Origin: an uncultured beta proteobacterium
GTDB lineage: Bacteria; Pseudomonadota; Gammaproteobacteria; Burkholderiales; JACQAP01
DNA length: 64,000 nt
Direction of reading: 5' to 3'
Assembly: GCA_963695915.1 (NCBI GenBank)
Contig: CAVOIO010000034.1
Location: 15,654 to 79,653 of the forward strand
This document shows positions 28,197-38,971 of the stretch, one piece after another. Under the pieces are notes generated by a model that saw only the letters and a program-made list of their open reading frames with translations, had not been told where the DNA came from and ran no database searches. The position numbers were made by a program, and so were the translations under genes. Each line of letters begins with the position of its first letter. Position 1 is the first letter of the stretch.

Positions 28197-28600
28197 AGCC
28201 ATCAAGCATGCCGTCGTCGAAGCGCTCGAGGAAATCAAGGCCATCCGATATCACGGTGCTGGACGTAAGGCAGATGACCTCTCTGTTCGACTACATGATC
28301 GTCGCCAGCGCCGGATCGACCCGGCAGACCAAGGCTCTGGCGAACAACGTGCAGGACAAGCTCAGGCAGATCGGCGCGCGCGTGCTTGGCGTCGAGGGCG
28401 AGCAGACGGGCGAGTGGGTGCTGGTGGACTTGGGCGAGATCATCGTCCACGTGATGCAGCCGGCGGTGCGTGCCTACTACAATCTCGAGCAGCTTATGGG
28501 GCGGGACGCCACCGTCTCCGCACCCGACCAAATGGCGAAGCGCCCCCGGAGCCGAACCGTCACGCGCCCTGTGACCAACGCGGCGCTGCCAGCGTTGTGA
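28186..28600 (+). pseudogene. rsfS: ribosome silencing factor RsfS (iojap-like), one frame change
   Basis: MHVEAIKHAVVEALEEIKA|DITVLDVRQMTSLFDYMIVASAGSTRQ...EWVLVDLGEIIVHVM. One extra base near 28247. The start overlaps the nadD end. Confidence 0.8.
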
Positions 28601-29078
28601 AATTGCATGTCATCGCGTTAGGGCATAAGCCGCCCGACTGGGTTGCGGAGGGGTTCGAAGAGTATGCCCGCCGCATGCCGCACTCCGCACGCATCCATCT
28701 CATCGAGGTCAAGCCGGCCCCCCGCAGCCGCCAGACCCCTTCGGGAGCCTCGGTTGCCCGGATCCTTGCCGTAGAGAAATCCCGCATTCTTGCGGCCATT
28801 CCCTCCGGCTGTGTAAAAATAGCGCTGGACGAACGCGGAAAGCAGATCTCCACCGCCGATCTGGCCCGCAGGCTGGACGACTGGATGCAGGGAGGACGCG
28901 ATGTCGCGTTCGTGATCGGCAGCGCGGACGGGCTGGATCGGGACCTGAAGGCGGGTGCCGATCTCCTGCTGTCGCTCTCGGCAATGACGCTCCCGCACGC
29001 GCTCGTACGCGTGCTGCTTGCCGAGCAGCTATACCGCGCGCTTTCGCTGATCCGAATCACCCGTACCACCGCGATTGA
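28597..29078 (+). pseudogene. rlmH: 23S rRNA (pseudouridine1915-N3)-methyltransferase RlmH, one frame change near the 3' end
   Basis: VKLHVIALGHKPPDWVAEGFEEYARRM...VAFVIGSADGL...LSLSAMTLPHALVRVLLAEQLYRA. Restoring one base near 29055 gives ..LIRNHPYHRD*. GTG overlaps the rsfS stop. Confidence 0.85.
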
Positions 29079-29127
29079 CGGCGCCGCATCCGGCGCCAAC
29101 CACAACGAGATCTCGAGAACAGCAAAC

Positions 29128-29748
29128 GTGCCGTCGCTGGAAAAACACATCTACCTTGCCTCGCGCAGTGCACGGCGCCGCGATCTGCTCAAGCAGATGG
29201 GCGTGAACTTCGAAATGCTGCTGCTGCGCGAAGGCGCCGGACGGGACGCGGATTTCAACGAGTCCGAGCTTGCGGGGGAAACGCCGCGCGAGTACGTGGT
29301 GCGGGTGGCGCGCCTCAAGGCCGAGGCGGGCTGGCTGCGCCTGGAGCAGCGTCGGCTGATGCGCCATCCGGTGCTCGCGGCCGACACTACGGTCGCCCTG
29401 GGCGACACCATCCTCGCCAAACCCAAGGACCGCGAGGATGCGGTGGCCATGCTGAAGCAGCTTTCCGGAACAGTTCACCATGTCTATACCGCGGTGGCGA
29501 TCAAGTTCTACGACTCGCTGAAGGAAGCGCTGTCGGTGACCGAGGTGCGTTTTCGCGAGCTCTCCGACGACGAAATCCGGCGTTACGTCGCAACCGGGGA
29601 GCCGCTGGACAAGGCCGGCGCATACGGCATCCAGGGCAAGGCATCGATGTTCATCGAGACCATCAACGGCAGCTACACCGGCGTGGTCGGCCTGCCGATA
29701 TTCGAGACCGCGCGCCTGCTGGGCCATTTCGGCTTCCAGCTGCTGTGA
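29128..29748 (+). CDS. maf: Maf-like nucleoside triphosphate pyrophosphatase
   Basis: ..HIYLASRSARRRDLLKQMG...LAADTTVALGDTILAKP...DKAGAYGIQG... The start is uncertain; I take GTG 29128. Confidence 0.8.
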   Translation: MPSLEKHIYLASRSARRRDLLKQMGVNFEMLLLREGAGRDADFNESELAGETPREYVVRVARLKAEAGWLRLEQRRLMRHPVLAADTTVALGDTILAKPKDREDAVAMLKQLSGTVHHVYTAVAIKFYDSLKEALSVTEVRFRELSDDEIRRYVATGEPLDKAGAYGIQGKASMFIETINGSYTGVVGLPIFETARLLGHFGFQLL

Positions 29749-31200
29749 ACGAAGAAATCCTGATCAACGTCACGCCGCAGGAAACGCGGGTTGCGGTGAT
29801 GCAGCAGGGCGTGGTCCAGGAACTGCACGTCGAGCGCATCGGCAGCCGCGGCCTGGTCGGCAACATCTACCTCGGCGAAGTAAGCCGGGTGCTGCCGGGA
29901 ATGCAGTCGGCCTTCATCCAGATCGGGCTGGACCGCGCGGCGTTCCTGCACGTCGCCGACATCTGGGGCCACCGCCAGAACCAGGACGAGGCCAAGCCGA
30001 TCGAACGCATCCTGCACGACGGCCAGAAGCTGCTGGTGCAGGTCATCAAGGATCCGATCGGCACCAAGGGCGCGAGGCTTTCCACTCAGGTGAGCATTGC
30101 CGGACGGCTGCTGGTCTACCTGCCGCAGGAATCGCACATCGGCATCTCGCAGCGCATCGAAGACGAGGCCGAGCGCGCGCTGCTCAGGGAAAAGCTGCAA
30201 CACCTGATCCCGGCGGATCGAGCCGGGCGGATTCATCGTCCGCACCATGGCGGAAACCGCAAGCGAATTGGAACTGGGCAACGACATCGGGTACCTGCGC
30301 AAGCTCTGGTCCGACATCAAGGAGAAGGCCGTCACCGCCACCGCCCCGGCACTGCTGTACCAGGACCTGACGCTGAGCCTCAGGGTGCTGCGCGATTTCG
30401 TCAACGACCAGTGCGACCGCGTCCTGGTGGATTCGCGCGAAACCTTCCAGCGCATGCAGGCGTTCGCCAACGACTACACGCTGTCCTTCGCCGACCGCAT
30501 CCAGCACTACTCCGGCGACCGCCCGCTTTTCGATCTGTACAGCGTCGAGGACGAGATCGAGCGGGCACTGGCCCGTCGCGTGCCGCTCAAGTCCGGCGGT
30601 TATCTCATCATCGACCAGACCGAGGCGCTGACAACCATCGACGTCAATACCGGCGGTTTCGTCGGAGGTCGCACTTTCGACGACACCATATTCAAGACCA
30701 ACCTGGAAGCCGCGCAGGTGATCGCACGCCAGCTGAGGCTGCGCAACCTGGGCGGAATCATCATCCTCGACTTCATCGACATGGACAACGAGGTGCACCG
30801 CGACGCGGTGCTATCGGAGTTCAAGAAGGCGCTCGCTCTCGACCGCACCCGCATGACCGTGAACGGCTTCACCCAGCTCGGCCTGGTGGAGATGACCCGC
30901 AAGCGCACCCGCGAGAGCCTCGCCCACATCCTGTGCGAACCCTGCCCCACCTGCCAGGGACGCGGCGAGGTGAAAACTGCGCAGACGATCTGCTACGAAA
31001 TCCTGCGGGAGCTGCTGCGCGAGGCACGCCAGTTCGATGCTCGCGAGTTCCGCATCCTCGCTTCGCAAATGGTGATCGACATGTTTCTCGACGAGGAATC
31101 GCAGAGCCTGGCAATGCTCGAGGAATTCATCGGCAAGCCGATTTCACTTCAGGTCGAGACGATCTACACGCAGGAGCAGTACGACATTGTTCTCATGTGA
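29745..31200 (+). pseudogene. rng: ribonuclease G, one frame change
   Basis: S1 domain (GNIYLGEVSRVLPGMQSAFIQIG) and catalytic core (TTIDVNTGGFVG, IILDFIDM). Frame change near 30225 (..GGFIVRT|MAETASE). GTG overlaps the maf stop. Confidence 0.9.
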
Positions 31201-31207
31201 GGGTCTA

Positions 31208-31241
31208 GGCGCGAGGCATGAGGCGCGAGATCGAGGAGCGA
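31208..31241. repeat. single purine-rich tandem-repeat arm (GGCGCGAGG-type) after the rng stop
   Basis: ggcgcgaggcatgaggcgcgagatcgaggagcga. I found no matching complementary arm nearby. Confidence 0.35.
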
Positions 31242-31362
31242 TCTTCGATTGCACTAAACGCCGTTCAAACACAACATGCCGCGCAGCGGCCTGTTGCAAC
31301 GTAGGTTCATGTTTGGCTCGGAGGCGGCGAGATCAACGTTATGCCGAGGTCAATGGGTCCCG

Positions 31363-31394
31363 AAGGAATCAAAAGGAACGCAAAGGAAAACCGG
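31363..31394. repeat. single arm related to the ACGCAAAG-type element at 41414
   Basis: aaggaatcaaaaggaacgcaaaggaaaaccgg shares gaacgcaaaggaaa..ccgg with 41431-41449. Confidence 0.35.
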
Positions 31395-31408
31395 GAGTCG
31401 CTACCCCA

Positions 31409-31723
31409 TCAATCGGCCTTGAGCCCGGCAGCCTTAAGCCGTCCCCTTAGGCGTCCCACTTCCTCAATCAAATCCGCGACCAGGGCGGCGAGTTCCTGGT
31501 TGGCGTCGAAATCCCGTTCCAGTGCCGCAAGCCGGCGCGCGCGCGCCAAGTCGGCACTGACGAAGCGCCATTCGACGGATTTCAGCGAAGCGCTACCCAA
31601 GAGGCCGGCTTCCACACGCTCCACGATCCACCGAGGCTCGACTGCGCAGGCCCGGGCCAGATCCTCGAGGGTCAGCGCAACTTCGTCCAGCAATATGCCG
31701 GTCAGAATGTCATCTTGCGCCAT
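31409..31723 (-). CDS. cbpM: chaperone-modulator CbpM (MerR-like HTH)
   Basis: 104 aa. MAQDDILTGILLDEVALTLEDLARACAVEPRWIVERVEAGLL. Lies 4 nt downstream of cbpA. Confidence 0.8.
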   Translation of the reverse strand: MAQDDILTGILLDEVALTLEDLARACAVEPRWIVERVEAGLLGSASLKSVEWRFVSADLARARRLAALERDFDANQELAALVADLIEEVGRLRGRLKAAGLKAD

Positions 31724-31727
31724 TGGC

Positions 31728-32669
31728 TCATACCCCAAGTTTCTGACGCGGATTGAACGCGAGTTCACGGGCCATGGTTTCGTAAACTTGACGCGCCTTG
31801 TCGCTGTCGGCGGGCGGAAGCACCACGTCCAGCACCAGATATAGATCGCCCGGCGGAATCTCCGGGAATGCCTCGCCCTTTCAGGCGCAGCTTGCGACCC
31901 GTTTGAGAGCCGGCGGGCACCTTTACCTGCACGTTGCCGGAAGGCGTGGGCACTTCGATGGATGCGCCAAGAGCGGCCTCCCACGGGGTCACCCGCACGG
32001 TCTGGTATACATCCCGCCCTTCGACGCGATATCTGGGGTCGGGACTAAAATGTACTTCCAGATACAAGTCGCCTGCCGGACCACCACCCACGCCGGGACT
32101 GCCTTGACCGGCAAGACGAATGTGCTGGCCCTCTTTCACACCCTTTGGAACTTGCACATTGAGGGTGCGCTCGTCGGTGACGACGCGGCCTGACGCGTCA
32201 TGCTTTGCCGCACGCAGGGCGATCGTCCGAGTCGCCCCGTGATATGCGTCCGGGAGATCGATCAGGATCTTGGCGTGATGATCCCCGCCTCGCATCTGAT
32301 AAGTCTCCGGCGCCCCGGTCACCGCCGGCGCGGCCAAAGAGGCTGGCAAAGAAGTCGCTGAAGTCTGCCGGCCTGTGCGCCGTGAGCGCCGTCGCCGGAA
32401 AACTCGAATCCCGCGTCCCAGCCAGGCGGCGGCTGAAAATCCTGTCCTGTCTGCCAGCGGCTGCCTAGTTGGTCATAGGCCGCGCGCTTTTCAGGATCGG
32501 AAAGCACGGCGTAAGCCTCGTTGACTTCCTTCATGCGCTTTTCCGCATCCGGCTCCTTGCTCACATCCGGATGAAACTTACGGGCAAGTTTGCGGTAGGC
32601 CTTCTTGATTTCGTCCGCCGGCGCGGTTTTCTCGACACCGAGGACCTGGTAGTAATCCTTGAATTCCAC
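31728..32669 (-). pseudogene. cbpA: curved-DNA-binding DnaJ-like co-chaperone CbpA, frame broken about 3 times
   Basis: J domain [39 protein letters not shown] (HPD motif). Then [11 protein letters not shown] and GGDHHAKILIDLPDAYHGATRTI, ending ..ARQVYETMARELAFNPRQKLGV*. Frame changes near 32385, 32300 and 31860. Confidence 0.85.
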
Positions 32670-32763
32670 TTGGCCGCTTCCCGAAGGTTATTGCGCTGTT
32701 GAGCCCGGCTTCGACTTCTTCAGAGGGTCAGATTGGGGCGGACTCCTATATTTCCCAGACCCA

Positions 32764-33183
32764 CTACGGCAAAGAACCCCTCTCGAAGATCTCGACAGCG
32801 GGCGGATAGGCCATCCAGGGAACGGCGGACCTTGTCCAGACATGCCGCTCGACCGAGAGCCAACCAGGGTCATCGAACGTTCCTGCGGAGACCGTGCGGC
32901 CGCCAGGTGACTGTTCCGAGGTCAATGTCACGGTGGTGCCGCAGCGCGGGCAGAACTCGAGCCGGATCCAGCGATGGCTTTCGTCGGAGTGGTATTGATA
33001 GGTCGAGAGCGGGCCGCCGCGGATCTCGAGGTTCTCGTCCTTGAAGTGGGCCACAACCGCGAAGGCGCTGCCAGTGCGGTGCTGGCAGTGCGTGCAATGG
33101 CATACAGATACTCGCGCGGGTCTGTCTTTCGCCCGGTAGCGAACCGAACCGCAAAGACAGCCTCCTTCGTGGACCTCCGACAT
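32764..33183 (-). CDS. GFA (glutathione-dependent formaldehyde-activating / CENP-V-like) family protein
   Basis: GGCLCGSVRY...CHCTHCQ...FCPRCGT are the Zn-binding Cys motifs. 139 aa, intact. Confidence 0.85.
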   Translation of the reverse strand: MSEVHEGGCLCGSVRYRAKDRPARVSVCHCTHCQHRTGSAFAVVAHFKDENLEIRGGPLSTYQYHSDESHRWIRLEFCPRCGTTVTLTSEQSPGGRTVSAGTFDDPGWLSVERHVWTRSAVPWMAYPPAVEIFERGSLP

Positions 33184-33188
33184 CGTCG

Positions 33189-35134
33189 CTACGCGACTTT
33201 GGCCACTTTCGCGGCAGCCGGCTCGCGCACCAGCACGTCACGGATCTGGGTGAGTTCCTCGACCTGTTTGCCGAGCTGCAATTGTTGCTGCTCCAGCTGT
33301 CGCACACGCTCCTGCAGCGTGTTGATGTCGCCGACAATCTTGCGCAGGTTCTCGACGCGCCGCTCCAGCAGCTTCTGGTGTTCCTTGAGCTGCATGGATA
33401 GCGGCAGGAGCGCCGACCTGATCCACGAGTCCAGCTCCGCGCGCAGCGCGCGGAACAGGTCGCGCGCATGCGCAACCAGCCCGTTGTAGAATCGCCGCAC
33501 CAGGAAGTGCTTCTCGGTCATGACGTTGACCGGGTCCTTGCAGAAACGCTCGGTGCTCTGTTGCAGCGAGTGCATGCGCAGGATGTGGCGTTCGAGGTTG
33601 AGCGCCGGCGGAGTCATCCTGGGGAAGCCGTACATCTTGTGGAACTCGTTGTACACGCCGTCAACGTAGTTGCGGGTCTCGCCGGCGAAGTTGAGGATCT
33701 TCTCGGCCTGGCGCGAGAAGGTATCGAACAGCGCTTGCATGCTGCGCATCAGCCCCGCGGTAGTCCAGCTGCCCTCGATCGTCTGCTGGCTCTTGCTCAT
33801 GATGTCGTTCAGGCGCTCGTCGGAGAGCGTATCGAGCAGCACATGGCCCTGCTTGAGCACGGTGCCATAGGAATTCTTGAAACTCTCCATGTGGTGCAGG
33901 TAACTGGCCCTGTCCGTCTCCAGCTTGGCGAGCAGCACCGTGGCGAGATCGCGGTTCTTGCCCGAGAGCTTGGACATCTCCTGCAGTTCGCTCTTGGCGC
34001 TGGCCAGTTGCGCCGTCACCGACTGCAGTGACGTTTGCACCATGCCGCCGATCTCCCTGGATACAGCGGCGCGCAGTATCTGCTGTTTCGACGGGATGAT
34101 CTCCTCGGCCATCAGGCGTTCGAGATCGCCGATGCGGCTTCTCCTGAGCAGTTCTTCGTCGTCGCGGATGCGCGCAATCAGGCCTTTCTGCGCGGACAGC
34201 GCAATGACGTGATCAATCGGGAGATCCGAGTATTTTCGCGGTCTCTTCCCTCTGCCTCTCGATTCCGATCTCGATCTGATCCTCGCTCTTGAGGTCGTCC
34301 CACATGAGGTCGATCTTGTTGAGAACGGCGATGCGGCGCGTGACATAGGTCTGCACGTATTTCTGCCAGACGTCCAGATCGGATTTGGTCACGCCCGTGT
34401 CCATCGCCAGCAGGAACAGTACTGCATGCGCGCTGGGGATCATGGAAAGGGTCAGTTCCGGCTCGGTGCCGAGCGCGTTCAGCCCGGGCGTATCGAGGAT
34501 CACCAGGCCTTTCTTGAGCAGCGGATGCGGATAGTTGATGAGTGCATGACGCCAACATGGGATTTCCACCCTGCCGCCGTACTTCACCACCACGGTGGTG
34601 GTCACGAAGTCCGATTCGTCGAGCAGGCCCAGCGCCCCGGCTTCGTCGACCGTTACCGACTTGACCTGGGCCAGACTGGACATGGCCTTGGTCATTTCTT
34701 CATGGGAACTCAGATCGAGCTTGATCTTCACCCACTCGACCGTCTGGTGCTTGAGCGCGGCAATGCTCTCGTCGCTCTTGCGCGATTCGATCGGCAACAG
34801 CTTGATGTACGGTTCTTCGGTGGCGTCGTAGTAGATTTCGGTGGGGCACATGGTGGTGCGCCCGACATCCGAAGGCAGCAGCCGTTGCTTGAAATCGGAG
34901 AAGAACATGGCATTGATCAGTTCGGTCTTGCCGCGCGAGAACTCGGCAAGAAAAGCGAGGATCATGCGGTCGTTGCGCAGGCTCTCGGCCAGATCGTAGA
35001 TGCGCAGGCTGCGCTGGATATCGGCGTGACCGTGGTTCTCGAGCCAGGACTGGTAGGCCTCGATGCAGGCACGCAAGTTCGTCGCGCCATTGCTGGTACT
35101 GCGTTACCTGGTCTTCTAGGTCGCTGATCATCAT
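33189..35134 (-). pseudogene. bacterial dynamin-like GTPase (about 647 aa), frame broken 2 times
   Basis: ORF pieces 34700-35134, 34213-35076 and 33189-34346 join. G1 AEFSRGKTELINAMF, switch I GRTTMCPTEI, G3 DTPGLNALG, G4 LNKIDL. Long helical C-terminus ending in the coiled coil LQERVRQLEQQQLQLGKQVEEL. Frame changes near 35070 and 34230. Confidence 0.8.
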
Positions 35135-35447
35135 TGCAGAAGTTCTTTCAATCGAACCAGCAGGGTCTGCCCGGGGTTCGAGATTTCGATGGTCTTGGTA
35201 CGCCCGCGGCTGCCACGTCTAATGATAACCTGCCGGCCCGGCAGATCAAACTTTTTCTTAAGAAAATCAAGGAGCAGCGTGTTGGCCCGGTCCTCGATTG
35301 CAGGGGCGGCAACTCGTACTTTCAGGATGCCCGCCGTGGAACTCCGGCGATCTCGGTGCGGCTGGCGTTAGGCTGCACCCGGAGCACCAGTGTGAGCACA
35401 GTCCCGATCCGGGCTATAGCAGAACCAGGATTCGGCCAAGGCGTCAC
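35131..35447 (-). pseudogene. yggU: DUF167 / YggU-family protein, one frame change
   Basis: ..LTLVLRVQPNASRTEIAGV..|..ILKVRVAAPAIEDRANTLLLDFLKKKFDLPGRQVIIRRGSRGRTKTIEISNPGQ.. resembles E. coli YggU. The stop TGA overlaps the dynamin ATG (ATGA). The proposed GTG start overlaps the yggT stop (GTGA). Confidence 0.65.
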
Positions 35448-36018
35448 AGCATCCGGCTGAAGAGTGAGTATGAGCGGGGCAACCGGCCACATACAGCAAC
35501 AACTGGCACAACACCAGTACGAACAACGGCGAAAGATCCACCCCGCCGACCGGAGGTATGCGGCGCTGGAACGGCCTGAGGAAAGGCCGCGTCAGGCTTA
35601 CCAGGACGCTCATCGCCGGACTGCGCGGATTCACCCATGACAGGATGGCCTGCGCGATGACCGCCACCATGAGAATGTACAGAAAGCGCTTCAGCAGATT
35701 GACGACGGCCAGAAGAATCAATCCCGCGATCGCCGTGCCGACTGTCGGTCCCATTTCGAATCCGCTGATGGCCCTGATCGAGATGATCAGAAGAACTTCG
35801 ACCACCCACGCCAGCAGAAGCGTGGACATGTCGTAACCCCACAGGCCAGGAATGACGCGGCGCGCCGGCCGGACCATGAAATCGGTCAGCGCGGCAAGGA
35901 ACTGCGAAAGCGGATTGCGTGCCGGCGCGCGCACCGCCTGCATATAAAAACGCAGCAGAAGCGCGAGTGAGAACAATCCCAGAACGGTCTCGAGCAGGAA
36001 TATCAATGCCTGGTTCAT
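35444..36018 (-). pseudogene. yggT: YggT-family (YlmG-like) integral membrane protein, probable frame change near the 3' end
   Basis: MNQALIFLLETVLGLFSLALLLRFYMQ...LSWVNP...GGVDLSPLFVLVLCQLLL. The listed frame runs on to 35368. A 1-nt shift near 35485 ends the protein at TGA 35444 (..RLPRSYSLFSRML*). Confidence 0.7.
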
Positions 36019-36035
36019 CTATGTGGATTCAGTCG

Positions 36036-36848
36036 TCAGGTCTTGCCGTATTCGTCGCCCAATTCGATCGAACGCCGGGCGGCGGCGCGCACAGCGTCCA
36101 CCACGCGGCCCTTCAGCTCGAAGGACTCCATCACCTGGAGTGCACGTTCGGTCGTACCGCCCTTCGAAGTGACGCGAGCTCGCAACACTGCCGGCGGCTC
36201 GGCACTGCCGGCCGCAAGTTTCGCCGCACCGACGAAAGTCTCCACAGCCAGGTTGCGCGCCTGTTCTTCGCTGAATCCGAGCTCCTGCGCCGCCTGCTGC
36301 AACGCCTCGATGAAGTAGAAGACGTACGCTGGGCCGCTGCCCGACACCGCCGTCACGCCGTCCATTCGGTTTTCGTTATCCAGCCAGATTACGGTACCGA
36401 CTGCACCCAGAACACTCTGTGCCGCTTTCCTGTCGGCGTCAGTGGCCATCGGTGCCGCATACAAGCCAGTGATTCCGGCGCGCAAAATTGCCGGGGTGTT
36501 CGGCATCGCCCGCACGATGCGGCCATGACCGCCAAGCCAGCGCGACAGATCCGCGGTACGAATGCCGGCTGCAATGCTGACCACCAACTGTCCGTGCAGA
36601 TGCGGCCGCAACCTTTGCGCCACGTCGCGCAGGTGCTGCGGCTTGACTGCAAGCAGCACGACATCCTCCACGACGCCGGTTTCTGCGAGCCCTGCCTGCG
36701 CTACCACACCAAATGCCTGCCGCAGACTATGGCGCGCGTCCTCGGACACCTCGACGACGCGAATGTCGCTGGCCGCGAGCCCCTGCTTGAGCAGGCCGCC
36801 GATAAGTGCGGTGGCCATGTTGCCGCCGCCAATGAAAAGAATGCGCAT
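36036..36848 (-). CDS. proC: pyrroline-5-carboxylate reductase
   Basis: MRILFIGGGNMATALIGGL (Rossmann fold) and ..VSGSGPAYVFYFIEAL..TSKGGTTE. 270 aa, intact. Confidence 0.92.
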   Translation of the reverse strand: MRILFIGGGNMATALIGGLLKQGLAASDIRVVEVSEDARHSLRQAFGVVAQAGLAETGVVEDVVLLAVKPQHLRDVAQRLRPHLHGQLVVSIAAGIRTADLSRWLGGHGRIVRAMPNTPAILRAGITGLYAAPMATDADRKAAQSVLGAVGTVIWLDNENRMDGVTAVSGSGPAYVFYFIEALQQAAQELGFSEEQARNLAVETFVGAAKLAAGSAEPPAVLRARVTSKGGTTERALQVMESFELKGRVVDAVRAAARRSIELGDEYGKT

Positions 36849-36964
36849 GTTGGAAAACTGAAATCCGTTTGGCCAGTGGCTACGTTCGCGCCGGCAACAC
36901 GTTGCCATCGGTGCGTCGCGCCGTCTGCGCGAAATCGTCGTCCCGATCAGTATATAGGCGGCCG

Positions 36965-37776
36965 TTATCCAGCGCTGGTACCGCGTTCGCCGAAAATGGC
37001 GCGGCCAACGCGGACCAGCGTCGCGCCCTCGGCGATTGCCGCCTCGAAGTCATCGGACATGCCCATGGACAGCGTATCGAGCGCGACTCCCCGGCGCAGA
37101 AGGTCGTCCCGGATCTCTCGCAACATGCGGAAGCGGCTGCATTGCAGCGCCGTGTCGGGCGTCGGTTCGGGGATCGCCATCAGACCACGCAGGCGCAGGC
37201 GGGGCAACTGCATGATCGTCTGCGCGAGGTCGAATATTGCATCCGGCGCCACGCCGCTTTTGCTGACTTCACCGCTAATGTTGACCTGGATACAGACCTG
37301 CAGCGGCGGCTTGGCGTTTGGGCGCGACACCGACAGGCGCTCGGCGATCTTCGCGCGGTCAATGCCGTGGACCCAGTCGAAGTTCTCCGCGATCGCCTTG
37401 GTCTTGTTGCTCTGGATCGGGCCAATGTGGTGCCACTCCAAAGGGCGGTGCAGGGGCCCCTCTGTGGATGTGATCCCGCCGGAGAGGCCCACGTCGCCCT
37501 GAGTTCGTTGATCATTTTGATTTGCGGATGCGACGTGCCGCTCGCGGACAAGGTGCGAGGAGGTCGAAAAGTGCGGCGATTTTCTCGATCCCTTCCTGCG
37601 CATAGTTCTCCCCAAAGGCGGTCTGGCCGGCGGCAAAGGCTTCGGCTATCGCCTGCGGCGGAAAGGTCTTGCTGACCGCAACCAGGGTGATCTCCCCGGG
37701 GGGCGCGCCCGGCAGCCCTGGCGGCCTCAGAAATGCGTGCTTTAACAGCTTGCAAGCGGGATGCTATTGTTGTCAT
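36965..37776 (-). pseudogene. yggS: PLP-binding YggS/PLPBP-family protein, frame broken at least 2 times and carrying an extra segment of about 120 nt
   Basis: MTTIASRLQAVKARISEAARAAGRAP|GEITLVAVSKTFP..FGENYAQEGIEKIAAL ... LEWHHIGPIQSNKTK...LSMGMSDDFEAAIAEGATLVRVG. Frame change at the C-run near 37650 and again near 37560. Confidence 0.85.
37454..37490. repeat. REP-like imperfect palindrome inside the extra yggS segment
   Basis: ggggcccctctgtggatgtgatcccgccggagaggccc. The same cctct..ggagagg motif type is seen at 10842 and 20162. Confidence 0.45.
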
Positions 37777-37891
37777 AATCGTCTTGCAGATTTCAATGTA
37801 AGCATCGAATGCAACAAGCCTTTTCTGATCCGCGGCGTGGCCACCGGCACGCTCTTCGCACCCCCATCTTGCCTTTGTCGGGGAATTATAA

Positions 37892-38933
37892 ATGGACATC
37901 TCTGAACTCCTCGCTTTCGTCGTCAAGAACAAGGCTTCGGACCTGCATCTCTCTGCCGGTCTGCCGCCCATGATCCGCGTCCACGGCGACGTGCGGCGCA
38001 TCAATCTGCCGCCGATGGAGCACAAGGACGTGCACGCGATGATCTACGACATCATGAACGACGGTCAGCGCAAGTTCTACGAAGAGAACCTGGAGTGCGA
38101 CTTCTCGTTCGCGATCCCGAACCTGGCGCGTTTCCGGGTCAATGCCTTCGTGCAGAACCGCGGCGCGGGCGCGGTGATGCGGACCATTCCATCGAAGGTG
38201 CTTACCCTGGAGGAGCTGAAGGCGCCTGCCATTTTCAAGGAGATCGCGAAATACCCGCGCGGCGTGGTGCTGGTCACCGGCCCCACCGGATCGGGCAAGT
38301 CCACCACGCTCGCGGCGATGGTCAACGACATCAACGAAAACGAATTCGGCCATATCCTGACGGTCGAGGACCCGATCGAGTTCGTGCACGAGAGCAAGAA
38401 GTGCCTGATCAACCAGCGCGAAGTCGGACCGCACACACTGTCGTTCAACAATGCGCTGAGAAGCGCGCTGCGCGAGGATCCGGACATCATCCTGGTGGGC
38501 GAGTTGCGCGACCTCGAAACCATCCGGCTGGCGCTGACCGCGGCCGAAACCGGCCACCTGGTATTCGGCACGCTGCATACCAGCTCGGCGGCAAAGACCA
38601 TCGACCGGATCATCGACGTGTTCCCCGCGGCGGAAAAGGAAATGGTGCGGGCGATGCTCTCGGAATCGCTGCGCGCCGTGATCTCGCAGACTCTTTGCAA
38701 GACCAAGGACGGCGGCGGCCGCGTGGCCGCGCACGAAATCATGATCGGCACTCCGGCGATCCGCAACCTGATCCGCGAGGCCAAGGTCGCGCAAATGTAC
38801 TCGGCCATTCAGACCGGCCAGAATCTGGGCATGCAGACGCTCGACCAGAATCTCGCGGAAATGGTGAAGAAAAACCTCGATTGCGAAGGAAGAGGCCCGC
38901 GGCAAAGCGGCCAACAAGGACAGCTTCAACTAA
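37892..38933 (+). pseudogene. pilT: type IV pilus retraction ATPase PilT, one frame change near the 3' end
   Basis: MDISELLAFVVKNKASDLHL.. with Walker A GPTGSGKSTT. One extra base near 38880. The restored end is ..AKEEARGKAANKDSFN* with TAA at 38931-38933. Confidence 0.9.
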
Positions 38934-38971
38934 GCGCACGGCGTCGCGGAATATCCTGCCAGGAGCAATCG

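Noticed and set aside
27544-29748. 734-aa ORF spanning four genes
   Set aside because: It is a composite. Only parts of it are the true frames of nadD, rsfS, rlmH and maf, and the rest is out-of-frame read-through. In GC-rich sequence, wrong frames rarely contain stops.
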